A stretch of 64,000 nt of DNA from an uncultured Desulfospira sp. (GTDB lineage: Bacteria > Desulfobacterota > Desulfobacteria > Desulfobacterales > Desulfobacteraceae), in NCBI GenBank assembly GCA_963663165.1, contig OY760175.1:2624001-2688000 (forward strand), written 5' to 3'. This document shows positions 60,857 to 64,000 of this stretch, piece after piece. Below the pieces are notes generated by a model that saw only the letters and a program-made list of their open reading frames with translations, did no database searches and was not told where the DNA came from. Every line of letters starts with the position of its first letter. The stretch's first letter is position 1. A program made the translations under genes and the position numbers.

Positions 60857-61561
60857 ATGAAACAGATCAAGACCATTGCCATAAAAGAATTTAAAGATTA
60901 TTTCATCTCCCCCATCGCCTATATTGTCATCGCCCTGTTCCTGGTGGTTACGGGGTGGTTTTTCTTTTCAACCTTTTTTATCTTCGGCCGGGCCGATCTT
61001 CGGGATTTTTATTCCCTGCTTCCCATCAGCTTTTCCTTTTTTATTCCGGCCATCACCATGCGGCTGTTTGCCGAAGAAAAAAATGTGGGCTCCTATGAAA
61101 CCCTTCTGACCATGCCGGTCTCCTTTACGGATATCGCCCTTGGCAAATTCTTAGCCGCCTGCCTGTTTGCCGGGGCCATGCTGGTCCCGACCCTGTCCTA
61201 TCCGTTGTTTATTTCATTTATCGGTGAGGTGGACCCGGGCCCTGTGATTGGCGGCTATATCGGTGCCATGGGCCTTGCTGCAGTTTACTGCGCCGTGGGG
61301 CTGTTTTCCTCGGCCCTGACCCGCAACCAGATCATTGCCTTTATTATCGGATGTGCCCTGTGTTTTACCCTGACCATCATTGACCGGATGCTGTTTTTCA
61401 TGCCCCCGGCGGTGGTTGACTTTGCCCAGTATATCGGGGCAAGCTCCCATTTTCTCAACATTTCCAAGGGCGTCATCGACTCAAGGGACATTATCTACTT
61501 CATCAGTGTGGCATTTATTTTTCTGTTCTCAACCCACATGATCATGCATGAAAAAAATTAA
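60857..61561 (+). CDS. ABC permease, GldF-like
   Basis: YFISPIAY, PAITMRLFAEEK, GVIDSRD. Confidence 0.88.
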   Translation: MKQIKTIAIKEFKDYFISPIAYIVIALFLVVTGWFFFSTFFIFGRADLRDFYSLLPISFSFFIPAITMRLFAEEKNVGSYETLLTMPVSFTDIALGKFLAACLFAGAMLVPTLSYPLFISFIGEVDPGPVIGGYIGAMGLAAVYCAVGLFSSALTRNQIIAFIIGCALCFTLTIIDRMLFFMPPAVVDFAQYIGASSHFLNISKGVIDSRDIIYFISVAFIFLFSTHMIMHEKN

Positions 61562-61570
61562 GGAGACACC

Positions 61571-63760
61571 ATGGGACAGATTAAAGAACATTACATCAAA
61601 TTTATTCTTTATATAGCCGTAATTGTGCTGGTCAACCTGGCAGGCTTAACCCTGTTTTTCAGGGCCGATTTGACCAAAGCCAAAGTTTATTCGTTATCTA
61701 AGGCAAGCCAGCAGGCGGTGGCCACCCTTTCGGAACCCTTAAGCATCAAGGTGTTTTTCTCCAAAGACCTGCCGGCCCCCCACAACAACACCGAGCGGTA
61801 CCTACGCGATCTGCTTGAAGAGTATGCGGCACAGGCCGGCCGGCATTTTAACTATTCCTTTTACAATGTCTCCCCTGAAGAGGGCGGCTTGACCGACCAG
61901 ACCGATGCCAACCGGCAGATGGCCAAAGATTACGGAATTTCACCGGTCCAGATCCGGATCATGGAAAATGACGAGGTTAAATTTAAAAACGCTTACATGG
62001 GTCTGGTCATTATCCATGGGGACCTCATCGAAAAAATTGGGGCCATCACCTCCACCGACGGGCTCGAATACCAGCTCACAACGGCCATCCAAAAGCTGAA
62101 CAACAAGGTTTCGGCCATGATGAACCTGGATGAAAAGGTCAAGATCAAAATGTATCTGTCGTCTTCTTTATACCCCATTGCCCCCCTCATGAGGCTGAAT
62201 GAACTGTCGGGCCTTGGCAAAGAAGTCGAAAAGGCCATTGCCGATCTCAACACCCGGAACATGGGGGTCATTGAGTTTGAACACCTTGATTTAAATGACA
62301 AGGCCAAGCTTGAAGAAATTTCCGATAAGTACAACCTCATGGCCCTTTCCTGGCCGGCTATTCCCGAAAAGGGCATCCAGGCGGGCCAGGGCGCCGCAGG
62401 CCTGGTCCTCACCTACAAAGACAAATTTGAAAGCCTGCCCCTGATTTCTGCGGTGGAGCTTCCCATTATCGGGACCACCTACCAGATGGCGGACCCATCA
62501 GCCCTGTCCGAGGAACTGACCGGCATGATTGAGAAAATGGTGGGCATCAACAAAGACATTGGATTTTTAGCCGACCATGGCACCCAGACCTTGGGACAGG
62601 ACCGCATGGCCATGATGCAGGGTCGGCCCGGGGGAATGCAGGCCTTTAACACCCTGTTATCCTCCCGGTACGATATTAAATCCATTGCCTTAAAGGAGGA
62701 TACCATTCCCGAAGGCCTGAACTGCCTGATCATTGCCAAACCCACGGAAAAATTCACCGATTACGAGCTGTTCCAGATTGACCAGGCATTGATGCGGGGC
62801 ACCAACATTGCCTTTTTCGGGGACGCCTTTAATGAGATCATGTCCCGGGGCGGCATGGGCATGCCCCAGTACCTGCCCATTGACACCGGCCTTGAAAAAC
62901 TGCTCAACCATTACGGCATCAACATCAAACAGGCCTATGTCATGGATAAAAGCGCCTATAAACACCAGGTGGCCCCCAGCCAGGGCGGCGGGGAGCAGGT
63001 CATCTACTTTGCCCCCATGCTCAAGGAAAAAAGCATCAACACAGAACCTGAGTTCATGAACAACATCAAGGGTCTTGTGGCCATGCAGATCTCCCCGGTA
63101 GAGCTGCTCGAAGACAAGATCGACAAGTCCAAGGTGACGGCCACCCGGCTTTTGTCCACTTCGGATGAGGCCTGGCTTATGGAAGGGATGATCAACTTCA
63201 ACCCCATGTACATCTCCCCTCCCGCATCCAAGGACGATTTTGCCACCTATGATCTGGCCTACATCCTGGAAGGCACCTTTACCAGCTACTTTAAGGACAA
63301 GCCCATCCCGGAAAAAACCACGGGACAGGCCGATATAACGAATGAGGATACGGCAGAAGGCGACTCCGCAGAGCAGCCTGCCGGACCGGAAAATCAGCCC
63401 CCCCAGACCAAGGACCTTAAGGCCGAGAACCGGATGCTCACCACATCAAGACCGGCCAAGATATTTGTCCTGGGCTGTTCACAAATGCTCCAGGACAACA
63501 TGCTCGATACCGAAGGCCGGACCACCAACGCGACCTTTATTCTCAATGCCATAGACCATCTCAACGGCCAGGATGACATTGCTGTAATGAGAAGCAAGCA
63601 GCAGACCCTAAATCCCATTGCCCAGACCACCCCCTTTGACCGGGGGCTGATCAAGGGATTTAACATTGCGGTCCTGCCCATTCTGGTGATCCTGTTCGGT
63701 TTAGGCGTTCTGGTGGCAAGGAACACTAAGAAAAAGAGAATCGCAGCCATGTTTAATTAA
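61571..63760 (+). CDS. GldG-like ABC accessory protein
   Basis: RADLT..KVYSLS, EYQLTTAI, IDQALMRG, NAIDHL. Confidence 0.88.
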   Translation: MGQIKEHYIKFILYIAVIVLVNLAGLTLFFRADLTKAKVYSLSKASQQAVATLSEPLSIKVFFSKDLPAPHNNTERYLRDLLEEYAAQAGRHFNYSFYNVSPEEGGLTDQTDANRQMAKDYGISPVQIRIMENDEVKFKNAYMGLVIIHGDLIEKIGAITSTDGLEYQLTTAIQKLNNKVSAMMNLDEKVKIKMYLSSSLYPIAPLMRLNELSGLGKEVEKAIADLNTRNMGVIEFEHLDLNDKAKLEEISDKYNLMALSWPAIPEKGIQAGQGAAGLVLTYKDKFESLPLISAVELPIIGTTYQMADPSALSEELTGMIEKMVGINKDIGFLADHGTQTLGQDRMAMMQGRPGGMQAFNTLLSSRYDIKSIALKEDTIPEGLNCLIIAKPTEKFTDYELFQIDQALMRGTNIAFFGDAFNEIMSRGGMGMPQYLPIDTGLEKLLNHYGINIKQAYVMDKSAYKHQVAPSQGGGEQVIYFAPMLKEKSINTEPEFMNNIKGLVAMQISPVELLEDKIDKSKVTATRLLSTSDEAWLMEGMINFNPMYISPPASKDDFATYDLAYILEGTFTSYFKDKPIPEKTTGQADITNEDTAEGDSAEQPAGPENQPPQTKDLKAENRMLTTSRPAKIFVLGCSQMLQDNMLDTEGRTTNATFILNAIDHLNGQDDIAVMRSKQQTLNPIAQTTPFDRGLIKGFNIAVLPILVILFGLGVLVARNTKKKRIAAMFN

Positions 63761-63828
63761 CGGCCAAAGGCGGACCGATTTGGTTATCCGGCCAAAAAGA
63801 ACCGCCCACAACGAATATTGAACGATCA

Positions 63829-63908
63829 GGACATGGGATATGGGACCTGGGACTTGCGGGAAAAAACCGCAGGCTCACCCCAAGTCCCAGATCCCATATC
63901 CCATGTCC
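63829..63908. repeat. Intergenic 28-bp inverted repeat built from heptamers
   Basis: GGACATGGGATATGGGACCTGGGACTTG vs reverse complement of 63881-63908, 27/28. Confidence 0.8.
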
Positions 63909-63924
63909 CCAAAAAAAGGAACTG

Positions 63925-64000
63925 ATGATGAAAAAAGAATATATCATACTCGGGGCACTCATCCTCGGGTTGAGCCTCTACCTTGGCCTGAAAAAAAATG
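63925..64000 (+). CDS. Start of a membrane-anchored protein (probably DUF4340-like; window-truncated)
   Basis: MMKKEYIILGALILGLSLYLGLKKN after AAGGA; usual position after gldG-like genes. Confidence 0.55.
   Translation, partial: MMKKEYIILGALILGLSLYLGLKKN

Overview
Mosaic accessory region, probably from a deltaproteobacterial sulfate reducer (Desulfobacteraceae-like gene content; inference). From left to right it holds: a tyrosine recombinase split by a 2.47-kb IS (DUF4338 gene + ISKra4/ISLre2-type transposase, 22-bp IRs, 9-bp target duplication); an AT-rich 786-aa gene with nuclease-like and PIN-like motifs (candidate defence gene); a thiolase-fold/DUF35 pair; a Ugp-type ABC transporter; a MITE-like element; two RND efflux clusters with TetR regulators and a divergent sigma-54 activator (plus a decayed paralogue); a patch of IS3/RIT/IS66 remnants; an AraC + TonB receptor + ECF metallophore-uptake module; and a third RND cluster. 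Next comes a 4.28-kb TG..CA-ended Mu/IS21-like element with three unusual accessory genes (Cys-rich, CHC2 zinc finger, helical) ahead of a DDE transposase and AAA ATPase. It sits in a second, truncated copy of the DUF4338 IS that also carries an ISAzo13 element. The right part has REP-like repeats, an AAA_14 ATPase and vapBC followed by attC-like sites, a HipA remnant, a group IIC intron 3' remnant, and ordinary DeoR and GldAFG-like genes. All calls are from manual motif reading; no database searches were run.
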